A DNA stretch of 64,000 nt from an uncultured Oscillibacter sp. (lineage in GTDB: Bacteria > Bacillota > Clostridia > Oscillospirales > Oscillospiraceae), in NCBI RefSeq assembly GCF_947654275.1, contig NZ_CANTJS010000003.1, positions 46,835-110,834 on the forward strand, given 5' to 3'. The notes below the pieces were generated by a model. The model was not told where the DNA came from, searched no databases, and saw only the letters and a list, made by a program, of their open reading frames with translations. Positions within the stretch are counted from its first letter, which is position 1; each line of letters starts with the position of its first letter. The position numbers and the translations under genes are program-made. Shown here piece by piece: positions 37,689 to 46,640 of this stretch.

Positions 37689-37901
37689 ATGAGTGATTTC
37701 TCAGAAAATTTGTTCACACTACGAAAGAGCCATCATTTCAGTGCGGAGCTTGTAGCTGTAAAATGTAACATTTCCTATAGCTCTTACCGGCGCTATGAAA
37801 CCGGCCAGCGGGAACCGGGCTTGTCGGTCCTTTGCGCCTTCGCGAAATTCTACAACGTAACTCTGGATCAGCTGGCGGGTTTGGAGCCGCTGCCGCTTTG
37901 A
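37689..37901 (+). CDS. XRE family HTH protein
   Basis: LFTLRK...ISYSSYRRYETGQREPGL...YNVTLDQLAG. Confidence 0.85.
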   Translation: MSDFSENLFTLRKSHHFSAELVAVKCNISYSSYRRYETGQREPGLSVLCAFAKFYNVTLDQLAGLEPLPL

Positions 37902-37999
37902 GTCAGGCCGGCAGAGGACGGCAGGCCATTCGACAACTGCCACCCCCCGGCCCGATGACTTGCGTCAAAAACCGGCGGCGTGGGAAACGGGACCACGCT

Positions 38000-38225
38000 G
38001 TAAAATCCCCCGTTATCGGGGGGATTCAGGGGGGTGTCCCCCCTGACGGGGATTCCAAAGGGGCTGGCCCCTTTGGCCCCACGCGGGAGCGCTCCCCGCG
38101 AAAGCGGTCCCGCCGGAAGGCGGCCCCACGGCAGTGGTTCCCCGGGAAAACGGGGATACATTGGACCGGCCAGCATCCAGTCTACCCCGCCCGAAGGGCG
38201 AGTAAAAGCCCCCCCAACGGGGGAA
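38000..38225. repeat. multi-hairpin intergenic element (related to 42455-42600)
   Basis: Successive hairpins; shares CCCCGCGAAAGCGGTCC and GGCAGTGGTTCC with the 42.5-kb copy. Confidence 0.75.
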
Positions 38226-38237
38226 GAAGGAGAATCT

Positions 38238-39518
38238 ATGGCATCAGGATTTGTAGATAAGGCCCGCATCACCGTCCGGGCGGGCAGCGGCGGAAACGGC
38301 GTTGTGTCGTTCCACCGGGAGAAGTATGTGGCAGCCGGCGGACCCGACGGCGGAGACGGCGGCCGGGGCGGGTCCATCATCCTTCAGGTGGACGATAATA
38401 TGTCCACACTGATGGACTTCCGCTACAAGCGCAAATACACCGCGCCCAACGGCATGGACGGTCAGGGCAAGCGGAAATTCGGCAAAAACGGCGAGGACCT
38501 GGTGATCCGGGTTCCCCGGGGCACCCTGGTCCGGGACGCCGAGACCAACGAGATCATGGCGGACATGAGCTCCAGCGAGCCCTTTGTCCTCTGCCGCGGC
38601 GGCCGCGGCGGCTGGGGCAACAGCCATTTCGCCACCCCCACCCGGCAGGTTCCCCGCTTCGCCAAGGCGGGCCTTCCCGGCGAGAGCCACGAGGTCATAT
38701 TGGAACTGAAGCTGCTGGCGGACGTGGGTCTGGTGGGCTTCCCCAACGTGGGCAAATCCACCCTCCTCAGCGTGGTCACCAAGGCCCGGCCCAAGATTGC
38801 CAACTACCATTTTACCACCCTCTTCCCCAACCTGGGCGTGGTCTGGGTGGATGAGGGCGTCAGCTTCGTCATGGCGGACATTCCCGGCATCATCGAGGGC
38901 GCCAGCGAGGGGGCGGGCCTGGGACACGACTTCCTGCGGCACGTCGACCGCTGCCGCCTGCTGATTCATGTGGTGGACGTGTCCGGCTGCGAGGGCCGGG
39001 ACCCTGTGGCGGATTTCGACGCCATCAACGAGGAGCTGAAGCGCTACAGCCCGGAGCTTGCGGAGCGGCCACAGATTGTGGCCGCCAACAAGACCGACGT
39101 GATGGAGGACCCCGCCCTGCTGGAGGCCCTCCGGGCCCATGTGGAGGCCCTGGGCTATCCCCTGGTCCAGCTCTCCGCCGCGACCCACCAGGGGACCCGG
39201 GAGCTGGTCGGCCTGGCGGCGGAACGGCTGTCCACCCTGCCCCCTGTGGCCGTGTACGAACCGGAGTACGTTCCAAAGCCCCCGGCGCTGGACGCCTCCG
39301 CGCCGCCGGAGATTCAGCACGAGGACGGCGTCTGGCTCGTGGGCGGGCCCTGGATTCAGCGGCTCATTGCCAACGTCAATTTCTCCGACTACGAGAGCCG
39401 CATGTGGTTCGACCGGATGCTCCGGGAGGCGGGCCTGTTCCAGCGGCTGGAGGAGATGGGCATAGCCGACGGGGACACCGTTTCCATCGACGGATTTGAA
39501 TTCGACTACCAAAGGTGA
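38238..39518 (+). CDS. obgE: GTPase ObgE/CgtA
   Basis: FVDKARI, GGPDGGDGG, GFPNVGKSTL, DIPG, NKTD. Confidence 0.98.
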   Translation: MASGFVDKARITVRAGSGGNGVVSFHREKYVAAGGPDGGDGGRGGSIILQVDDNMSTLMDFRYKRKYTAPNGMDGQGKRKFGKNGEDLVIRVPRGTLVRDAETNEIMADMSSSEPFVLCRGGRGGWGNSHFATPTRQVPRFAKAGLPGESHEVILELKLLADVGLVGFPNVGKSTLLSVVTKARPKIANYHFTTLFPNLGVVWVDEGVSFVMADIPGIIEGASEGAGLGHDFLRHVDRCRLLIHVVDVSGCEGRDPVADFDAINEELKRYSPELAERPQIVAANKTDVMEDPALLEALRAHVEALGYPLVQLSAATHQGTRELVGLAAERLSTLPPVAVYEPEYVPKPPALDASAPPEIQHEDGVWLVGGPWIQRLIANVNFSDYESRMWFDRMLREAGLFQRLEEMGIADGDTVSIDGFEFDYQR

Positions 39519-39591
39519 GAGAAAAGGAAGGAGACCATGCCCCGATGAGGGACATGATCTCCTTTTTTTATCTTAACGCTCCACTCTCCCG

Positions 39592-40197
39592 TCATGCTCC
39601 CGCGAAGCGGAATACAACCCCCACCGCGGCGGACAGGCCGATGAAGACAATGGGGTGCAGATTCTTCACCTTGGGCACATAATTGGTCAGCACGATCAGC
39701 GCCGCCGCCAGCAGCAGCCCCGGTATGTTCAGAAGGCTTTCCCCGCTGAGGACGGGGGCCTTGACAATGCCGGTGAGAAGCGCCAGCCGCACGCCGGTCA
39801 GCACCTCCAGGATTACCGACACGCAGGCCGCGCCGATCAGCCCCGTGGAGGCGGGACGGAGCCCGTAAAAGGCCCGGTCCACGTATTTGTTGTTCCGGAA
39901 GCTCTGGAGCACCGCCGCCACAATCAGAATCACGATGATGGAGGGGGTCACCTCGCCCAGAGTGGCGATGACGGCCCCGGGGATGCCCGCCGCCGTGAAG
40001 CCCACATAGGTGGCCATATTGATGCCGATGGGGCCGGGGGTGGACTCGGATACCGCCAGCATGTTCATCAGATCGGTGTAGGTGTACCAGCCCGTGGATT
40101 CTCCGATGGCCTGGAGAAAGGGCAGGGTGGCCATGCCGCCGCCTACGGCGAAGAGGCCGGTTTTGAAAAATTCCCAGAAAAGCTGTAAATAAATCAT
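39592..40197 (-). CDS. chromate transporter, short-chain subunit
   Basis: GLFAVGGG, ESTPGPIGIN, GLRPAS. Confidence 0.9.
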   Translation of the reverse strand: MIYLQLFWEFFKTGLFAVGGGMATLPFLQAIGESTGWYTYTDLMNMLAVSESTPGPIGINMATYVGFTAAGIPGAVIATLGEVTPSIIVILIVAAVLQSFRNNKYVDRAFYGLRPASTGLIGAACVSVILEVLTGVRLALLTGIVKAPVLSGESLLNIPGLLLAAALIVLTNYVPKVKNLHPIVFIGLSAAVGVVFRFAGA

Positions 40198-40754
40198 GCC
40201 TGCTTCGCCTCCAGATTCTTCAAGAGAATGCCCGCCAGAGCTGCGGCGATGACGAACCACACCGGGGACAGCTTCAGGAACAGGCCCCCTGCCAGCACCA
40301 GCAGGAAAATCACGGCGGTGCGCTTATCCACCACGGACTTTTTCAGCAGCTTCATCACCGCGTTGAAAATCAGCACGCAGACACAGACCTGAATGCCGGC
40401 AAAGGCGTTCTTCACCCAGGCCAGGTCCGCGAAGTTGGAAATCAGTCCCGCCAGAATGGAGATGATGACCACAGAGGGGAACACCACGCCCAGCGTTGCC
40501 ATGATGCCCCCCATCATGCCGCCGCACTTCTGGCCGATGAAGGTGGCCGTATTGACGGCGATGATGCCGGGTGTGCACTGGCCTATGGCGTAGTAATCCG
40601 TCAGCTCCTCTTCGGTGGCCCAGCCCTTATTGTCCACAACCTCCCTTTGGAGGATGGGCAGCATAGCCATGCCGCCGCCGAAGGTCATGACCCCCATTTT
40701 CGCGAAGGTCCAGAATAAGCTCCAGAGACCCCCGGAGCCTTTTTTGCTTTCCAT
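40194..40754 (-). CDS. chromate transporter, short-chain subunit
   Basis: TFGGGMAM, QCTPGIIAVN; overlaps its partner by 4 nt. Confidence 0.9.
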   Translation of the reverse strand: MESKKGSGGLWSLFWTFAKMGVMTFGGGMAMLPILQREVVDNKGWATEEELTDYYAIGQCTPGIIAVNTATFIGQKCGGMMGGIMATLGVVFPSVVIISILAGLISNFADLAWVKNAFAGIQVCVCVLIFNAVMKLLKKSVVDKRTAVIFLLVLAGGLFLKLSPVWFVIAAALAGILLKNLEAKQA

Positions 40755-40769
40755 AGCAAAACCCCCTGT

Positions 40770-40820
40770 TAGAATTAGGAATTAGGAATGAGAAATTAGG
40801 AATTAAGAATCAGGAATGAG
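40770..40820. repeat. AGGAAT(T/G) heptamer tract
   Basis: AGAATTAGGAATTAGGAATGAGAAATTAGGAATTAAGAATCAGGAATGAG. Confidence 0.88.
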
Positions 40821-40856
40821 ATCGCGGGCCGGGAAGGCGGCCCGGCATTCCTGACC

Positions 40857-41861
40857 TTATTCCGTGTAGCCGTACAGGCCCCGGACGGACACCTCTCCGG
40901 AGCGGACTTTTTTGACGCCGCCGTCCGGCAGGCGGACCACCAGGCTGAATTCCCCGTCGATATCCACGGCCTCCGCTGTCTCCCGCTCCCCGCCGCCGAA
41001 GGGAATCAGCTGAACGGTCCTGCCCAGGTTCACGCAGTCCCGGCGGTAGGCCGCCAGCCACTCCGACAGGTCTCCGGCGCGGAGATCCCGGTTCATCCGG
41101 TCCAGCTCCTCCAGCAGCGCCGCCGCCAGCAGGGGCCGGGACACCGGCCTTCCCAGCGCCTGGAGCAGAGAGGTGGCCACCTCCCGGACCTCCGGCGAGA
41201 AGGATTCCGCCCTTTGAAGGACGTTGACGCCGATGCCCAGCACCAGGGACTGGAGCCGCCCCGTCTCCGCCTCCAGAGAGACCTCTGTCAGGATGCCGCA
41301 GAGCTTTTTCCCGTTTAACACCGGGTCGTTGGGCCATTTCAGCCCGGGCCTCACGCCGCAGACCCGCTCCACGGCGGCGCACACCGCCACCCCCGCCAGA
41401 GCCGTCACCGGCGGCAGGCGCTCCGGCGCCACCTGGGGCCGCAGCAGGACGGACAGGTAGATGCCTTCCCCCCTGGGGGACTGAAAGGAGCGGTCCATCC
41501 GCCCCCGGCCCGCCGTCTGGCTCTCCGCCAGCACCGCCGTGCCGTCCGGGGCCCCCTGCTGGGCCAGCTGCTTGGCGTAGTTGTTGGTGGAGTCCACCTG
41601 CTCCAGACAGCACAGCGTCCGGCCCACCGTCTCCGTGGGGCCCAGGCGGCTTCGGATTTCCGCCTCCGTCAGCACGTCCGGCGCGGCGGACAGGCGGTAG
41701 CCCAGACCCGTCCGGGCCTCGATTTCATATCCGTCCCTCCGCAGGGCCTCCACCGCCTTCCACACCGCCGCCCGGCTCAGCCCCAGACGGCGGCTCAGCT
41801 CCTGGCCGGAGAGGAAGCCCTCTTCGCTTCGCAGCAGCTCCAGAATCTGTTTCCGGCTCAT
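40857..41861 (-). CDS. birA: bifunctional biotin ligase/repressor
   Basis: N-terminal HTH SGQELSRRLGLSRAAVWK; DSTN, QTAGRGR, LKWPND, KLCGIL; promoter TTTACA-N17-TATACT. Confidence 0.96.
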   Translation of the reverse strand: MSRKQILELLRSEEGFLSGQELSRRLGLSRAAVWKAVEALRRDGYEIEARTGLGYRLSAAPDVLTEAEIRSRLGPTETVGRTLCCLEQVDSTNNYAKQLAQQGAPDGTAVLAESQTAGRGRMDRSFQSPRGEGIYLSVLLRPQVAPERLPPVTALAGVAVCAAVERVCGVRPGLKWPNDPVLNGKKLCGILTEVSLEAETGRLQSLVLGIGVNVLQRAESFSPEVREVATSLLQALGRPVSRPLLAAALLEELDRMNRDLRAGDLSEWLAAYRRDCVNLGRTVQLIPFGGGERETAEAVDIDGEFSLVVRLPDGGVKKVRSGEVSVRGLYGYTE

Positions 41862-41959
41862 GCGGGTCCCTCCCTTCCGGCAAAAAAAGCCTCTGAAAAA
41901 CAGCGTGTGTAGTATAGCATATTTTTTCCTGTGTGTAAACCGGGGATTTTGGGCGGAGG

Positions 41960-42610
41960 AGACAACAGCTGACATGTCAGCTTGTCCATTGCAGACCACC
42001 GTCGCGGCGATACGATTTGCGGTTCCGAAAGGCCGCAAATCGTGCCGCTTCCTCGAAAGCGGCTTGCTTGCTCCGCCACCGGCGGCGCTTCGCCGCTTTC
42101 CCCCATCTTCTCTTTTTGGTTGCGCCAAAAAGAGAAAACGGGCCGTGCACGGTCCAAAAGAGAAAAACCGCTTGCCGCAAGAGCTGCTTCCGTTTTTTAC
42201 GAAAGTCTCCAGCCCGCCGCGTGGTGCGGGCGGGGGCTTTGGAGGTTGACGCAAGGCCTGTCCCTCTCTCCCCGCTGCCGCTTACCCGGCTCTTCTACCG
42301 GTCTTCCTGTTTACCGTTTTCTCTTTCGGTTACCACCGCATCAGCGGCAGCGGAAAGAAAGGGAAGTCCATTCGATAATCGCCAAAACCCCGCTTGCACT
42401 GAGCCGCGGGCTGAAGACTTTCGTCATAAGCCATCAGCAATTCTTGCGCGTCCCTCGTCCCCCGCTGTCAATTATTGGGGGGTTCCAGGGGGCGCTCCCC
42501 CTGGTGGAGAGTCCAGAGAGGCAAGGCCTCTCTGGTTCCCCGCGAAAGCGGTCCTTACGGGAGTGAGCCCCCATGGCAGTGGTTCCTGCGAAAGCGGATT
42601 GCGCATCAGC
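41960..42610. repeat. about 650-bp hairpin-rich non-coding region
   Basis: Palindrome GCTGACATGTCAGC; hairpins GATTTGCGG..CCGCAAATC, TTCTCTTTTTGG-TTGCG-CCAAAAAGAGAA and CCAGAGAGG-CAAGG-CCTCTCTGG; no credible ORF. Confidence 0.7.
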
Positions 42611-42766
42611 GTGAAATTCGGCCATCGTCATGGCTCTGCCGGCAAGGACATTGTTTGTGATAGCTTTTTTGACAAGTCTGTGATATACTACATGGGCTGG
42701 CCTCACATGGGCACAATATCATTCGGCGGATGACTCCGTTTGGTAGCATTTTTGGGGTGATGTGAT

Positions 42767-42997
42767 ATGGAGCTCAGGCGTATGCGGGACCTGCGGGAGG
42801 ACCATGACCTCTCTCAGCAAAAGGTTGCCGACTATTTGAATATGCACCGCAGCGTTTACCGTCGTTATGAGTCGGGGGAACGGGAAACACCGGTGTGGGT
42901 GGTGGACAGGCTGGCGGATTTCTACAAAGTCAGCACCGACTACCTTCTGGGCCGCACCGATGACCCTGCTCAGCCGTCTCCGCTGAAGCGGCGATAG
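42767..42997 (+). CDS. XRE family HTH protein (tandem paralog 1)
   Basis: LSQQKVADYLNMHRSVYRRYESGERE...VSTDYLLGRTD. Confidence 0.9.
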   Translation: MELRRMRDLREDHDLSQQKVADYLNMHRSVYRRYESGERETPVWVVDRLADFYKVSTDYLLGRTDDPAQPSPLKRR

Positions 42998-43048
42998 AAG
43001 TGTGTCCCACGCGGAAGTGAATCCGTATGGATGAGAATAGCAACGGGA

Positions 43049-43068
43049 ATGCTACCGTTTGGTAGCAT
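43049..43068. promoter_or_regulatory. palindromic operator candidate ATGCTACC-N4-GGTAGCAT
   Basis: CCGTTTGGTAGCAT also occurs at 42736-42749; both copies end 17 nt before the respective ATG. Confidence 0.65.
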
Positions 43069-43085
43069 GATTCCGAGGTGATGCT

Positions 43086-43316
43086 ATGCACTTCCAGCGG
43101 ATTGAAGATTTACGCGTGGACCATGACAAGACACAGATTGCCATTGCGGACTACCTCAACATGGGCCGCAATGTCTACTGGCGTTATGAAAAGGGCGTCC
43201 GGGAGATTCCCACCTGGGCAGTGATCAAGCTGGCGGAATACTATCAGGTCAGCACCGACTATCTCCTGGGCCGCACCGACGACCCCACGCCTCCCGCGCC
43301 CTCCCGGCGGCGGTGA
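43086..43316 (+). CDS. XRE family HTH protein (tandem paralog 2)
   Basis: Same length and C-terminus as paralog 1; its stop overlaps the comEC GTG start. Confidence 0.9.
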   Translation: MHFQRIEDLRVDHDKTQIAIADYLNMGRNVYWRYEKGVREIPTWAVIKLAEYYQVSTDYLLGRTDDPTPPAPSRRR

Positions 43317-45556
43317 GGCGGCTGGCCTGGTTCGCCGGGGGCTTTTCCGGCGGCGTGTTCCTGGCCCGGTACGGACTGCCGGGAGACCGGGGGCTGTTCT
43401 GCGCCTTTGCGGCCCTGGGGCTGGCGTTTTTGGCGCTGGCCCTGCCCTGGGAGAGACGGCGGCGGGCGGTGGCGTTTCTGGCGGCGCTGGCCATAGGGCT
43501 GGGCTATGACTGGCTGTATGTCCGCCAGGTGCAGCAGGCGGCGGAGGCCTGTCTGGAGGAAGAGGACGGAATCCGCACCGTGACCCTTCTGGACCTGCCG
43601 GAGGAGAGCGATTTCGGGGCCCGGGCGACGGTGCGGCTGGAGGGCGTTCCCGGTAAAGCGGTCTATTACGGCGGCCGGGAGCTGCTGGAGCTGGAGCCGG
43701 GCCAGACCCTCACCGGACCCGTCCGCCTCCAAAGCGCCGCCCGTGTCCGGGACGAGGACATCTCCGCCTTTACCTCCAGAGGCGTGTTCCTCCTGGTCTA
43801 CGGCGGGGACGCGCCCCAGGCCGGACCGGGGACCTCGGGCGGCTGGCGGTGGCTGCCTCTCCGGGCGGGCCGGGCTCTGCGGGCGGAGCTGAGCCTGCTG
43901 TTTGAGGGGGACGCCGCCGGTTTTCTGGCCGGCATTCTCACCGGGGACCGCTCCGGACTGTCGGAAGCGGCCTCCGCCGCCCTGGGCGAGGCGGGCCTCA
44001 GCCACATTCTGGCGGTGTCCGGGATGCACTGCGCCATGCTGCTGGCCCCAGTCTCCCTTCTCATCGGGCGGCACCGGCGGCGGGCTCTGTTTGCCTGCGC
44101 CGTGCCCCTGCTGGTCTTTTATGTGCTGATGGCGGGATGCAGCCCCTCGGCGGTGCGGGCCTGCATGATGCTGGCGCTGCTGCTGGCGGGGCCCCTCTTC
44201 CGGCGGGAGAGCGACGGACCCACCGCCCTGCTGGCGGCGTTGCTGCTGATTCTGCTGGCGAATCCCTTCGCCGCCGCCTCGGTGAGTCTCCAGCTGTCCT
44301 TTGCCGCCATGACGGGAATTCTGTGGCTGACGCCCCGGCTCAGTGCCGCCATGCCGGAAAAGTGGGCGGGCCGGGCCCCGCTGCGGGGGGTGTGGGGCTC
44401 CCTGTCGGTTACCTGCGGGGCCCTGGTGTTTGCCGCGCCTCTCTCCGCCTGGTATTTCGGCTTTCTCTCCCTGCTGACGCCCCTCAGCAGTCTGCTCTGC
44501 CTGCCGGCGGCCTCCGGGACCTTCTGCTTCGGACTGCTGGCCGCGCTGGCCGGACTGGTCTGCCCGCCTCTGGGCCGCCTGCTGGCCTGGCCTGCGGCGC
44601 TTCTGACGCGGTATATTCTTTCCGTGGCGGGACTGCTGTCCAAGGTTCCTCATCAGGGGGTGTATTTTGCCAACCCGTATATGAAATACTGGCTGATTTA
44701 CGTCTATCTGCTCTTTGCCGCCGTTCTCCTGATGAGGCGGAGAGGAGCGCGGCGGCGGGCGTATAGTCTGGCGGCGGCTCTGGCGGTTCTGACCCTGGCG
44801 CTGACGGTCAGGCTGGGGGCAGAGCGGTACGGCGGAGACCTGGAGGTTCTGGTGCTGGACGTGGGCCAGGGGCAGAGCGTGATTCTGGCCTCCGGCGGGG
44901 ACTATGCCCTGGTGGACTGCGGCAGCGCCAACAGCTGGAGGGACGCCGGGGAGACCGCTGCCCACCGGCTCCGGGCCATGGGCTGCGGGAAGCTGGACTA
45001 TCTCTGCCTCACCCACTGGGACAGCGACCATGTCTCCGGCGTGCCCGGCCTGCTGGCCCGGCTGGATGCGGAAGCCCTGCTGGCTCCGGAGGGAGAAGCA
45101 GGGCAGGAGGCCGTCCTGGGGACGGCGGAGGCCGGGGCACTCCGCATGGTGACGGAGCGGGAGCGCCTGCCCTTCGGCAAGGGGACGCTGACGGTCTTTC
45201 CGCCTCTGGGGGAGGGGGAGAGCAACGAAAGGGGTCTGACCGTTCTGGTCTCCGTGGGGGACCGGGATTTCCTCATCACCGGCGACATGGACGCCGCCAC
45301 GGAACGGCGGCTGCTGGAGCGCTGGGAGCTGCCGGAGGTGGAGGGCATGACGGCGGGGCATCACGGCTCCCGTTCCGCCACCTCTCAGGCCCTGCTGGAC
45401 GCGGTCTCGCCGGAGACGGTCTGCATCAGCGTGGGCAGCAATACCTATGGCCACCCCGCGGAGGAGGTTCTGACCCGGCTGGCCCGGCAGGGCTGCACGG
45501 TCTGCCGGACGGACCGGATGGGAACCGTCCGCCTATCCTGGAATCTGGAGGAATGA
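43313..45556 (+). CDS. comEC: DNA internalization competence protein ComEC/Rec2
   Basis: HILAVSGMH, SAVRA, LQLSF; metallo-beta-lactamase domain LDVGQG, THWDSDH, GHHGS; upstream of holA. Confidence 0.93.
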   Translation: MRRLAWFAGGFSGGVFLARYGLPGDRGLFCAFAALGLAFLALALPWERRRRAVAFLAALAIGLGYDWLYVRQVQQAAEACLEEEDGIRTVTLLDLPEESDFGARATVRLEGVPGKAVYYGGRELLELEPGQTLTGPVRLQSAARVRDEDISAFTSRGVFLLVYGGDAPQAGPGTSGGWRWLPLRAGRALRAELSLLFEGDAAGFLAGILTGDRSGLSEAASAALGEAGLSHILAVSGMHCAMLLAPVSLLIGRHRRRALFACAVPLLVFYVLMAGCSPSAVRACMMLALLLAGPLFRRESDGPTALLAALLLILLANPFAAASVSLQLSFAAMTGILWLTPRLSAAMPEKWAGRAPLRGVWGSLSVTCGALVFAAPLSAWYFGFLSLLTPLSSLLCLPAASGTFCFGLLAALAGLVCPPLGRLLAWPAALLTRYILSVAGLLSKVPHQGVYFANPYMKYWLIYVYLLFAAVLLMRRRGARRRAYSLAAALAVLTLALTVRLGAERYGGDLEVLVLDVGQGQSVILASGGDYALVDCGSANSWRDAGETAAHRLRAMGCGKLDYLCLTHWDSDHVSGVPGLLARLDAEALLAPEGEAGQEAVLGTAEAGALRMVTERERLPFGKGTLTVFPPLGEGESNERGLTVLVSVGDRDFLITGDMDAATERRLLERWELPEVEGMTAGHHGSRSATSQALLDAVSPETVCISVGSNTYGHPAEEVLTRLARQGCTVCRTDRMGTVRLSWNLEE

Positions 45557-45560
45557 CGCC

Positions 45561-46640
45561 ATGGCGGCCAAAAGCACAAAAAGCACAAAGGGAAGAAAAA
45601 AAGAGAAAAAGGAAAACCAGGCCTTTCTGAAGCTCAAGGCGGACATCTCCGCCGGAACCATCGGAACCGCCTATATCTTTTACGGCGAGGAGAGCTATCT
45701 GCGGGAGTATTATCTGGGACGGCTGAAGAAGCAGCTGATTCCCGCCGGCTGTGAGGACTTCAACTGCCACATCGTGGAGGGGAAGGGCCTGAATATCCAG
45801 GAGCTGGCGGACATGGCGGAGGCCATGCCCATGATGGCAGAGCGGACCTATGTGGAAGTGACCGACCTGGACCTGTTCAAGCTGCCGGGGGACCAGCGGG
45901 AGAAGCTGATTGCCTTTCTGGAGGACGTGCCGCCCTACTGCTGCGTGGTGTTTGTCTACAACACCGTCAAATACAAGCCAGACCGGACCATGAAAAAGCT
46001 GTGCAGGGCCCTGGAGGCCCATGTGGAGGCGGTGGAATTCCAGCTGACGGAGGGGGCCGCCCTGACCGGCTGGGTCAGCCGCCACTTCCGGGAGCAGGGG
46101 AAGGAGATCGACCGGCAGACGGCGGAGTATCTGGTGTTCCTCTGCGGAAACCATATGACGGGACTGGTGCAGGAAATCGCCAAGATTGCCACCTATGCCA
46201 GGGGGCCCGCCGTCACCCAGAAGGACATTGACGATGTGGCGTCTCCGGTGCTGTCGGCGGAGGTGTTCAAGCTGTCGGACGCGGTGCTCCGGGAGGACTA
46301 CGACAAGGCGGCGTCCATTCTGGGAGACCTGCTGAAGGCCCAGACGGAGCCCATCCGCATCCTGGGGGCCCTGGGGAACCAGCTCCGGCGGATCTGGACC
46401 GCCCGGATTGGTCTGGACAGCGGACGGGACAAGTATTGGCTGATGGACCTGTGGGACATGAAATATGAGTCCCAGGCCAGCCGCCTGATGTCCGCCGCCC
46501 GGCGGGCGGACGCGGAGTGGTGCGCCGGGGCGGTGAAGATGTGCCAGGTGCTGGACCGGCGGATGAAGAGCCAGAGGGGCGTGGACAGCGGGGAGGAACT
46601 GAAGCTGCTGCTGGCGCGATTGGGGGCGAGCCGAACATGA
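45561..46640 (+). CDS. holA: DNA polymerase III subunit delta
   Basis: YIFYGEESYL...EIAKI...VFKLSDAV; comEC-holA synteny. Confidence 0.9.
   Translation: MAAKSTKSTKGRKKEKKENQAFLKLKADISAGTIGTAYIFYGEESYLREYYLGRLKKQLIPAGCEDFNCHIVEGKGLNIQELADMAEAMPMMAERTYVEVTDLDLFKLPGDQREKLIAFLEDVPPYCCVVFVYNTVKYKPDRTMKKLCRALEAHVEAVEFQLTEGAALTGWVSRHFREQGKEIDRQTAEYLVFLCGNHMTGLVQEIAKIATYARGPAVTQKDIDDVASPVLSAEVFKLSDAVLREDYDKAASILGDLLKAQTEPIRILGALGNQLRRIWTARIGLDSGRDKYWLMDLWDMKYESQASRLMSAARRADAEWCAGAVKMCQVLDRRMKSQRGVDSGEELKLLLARLGASRT

Noticed and set aside
37975-38010. Cobalamin riboswitch (GGGAA...CTGTAA)
   Set aside because: The rest of the B12 element is missing and the segment forms a simple hairpin.
38034-38237. 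N-terminal extension of ObgE
   Set aside because: Read-through of the hairpin element; the RBS and conserved start are at 38238.
41966-41986. BirA operator
   Set aside because: The palindrome does not match the TGTTAAC-N14/15-GTTAACA bioO pattern.
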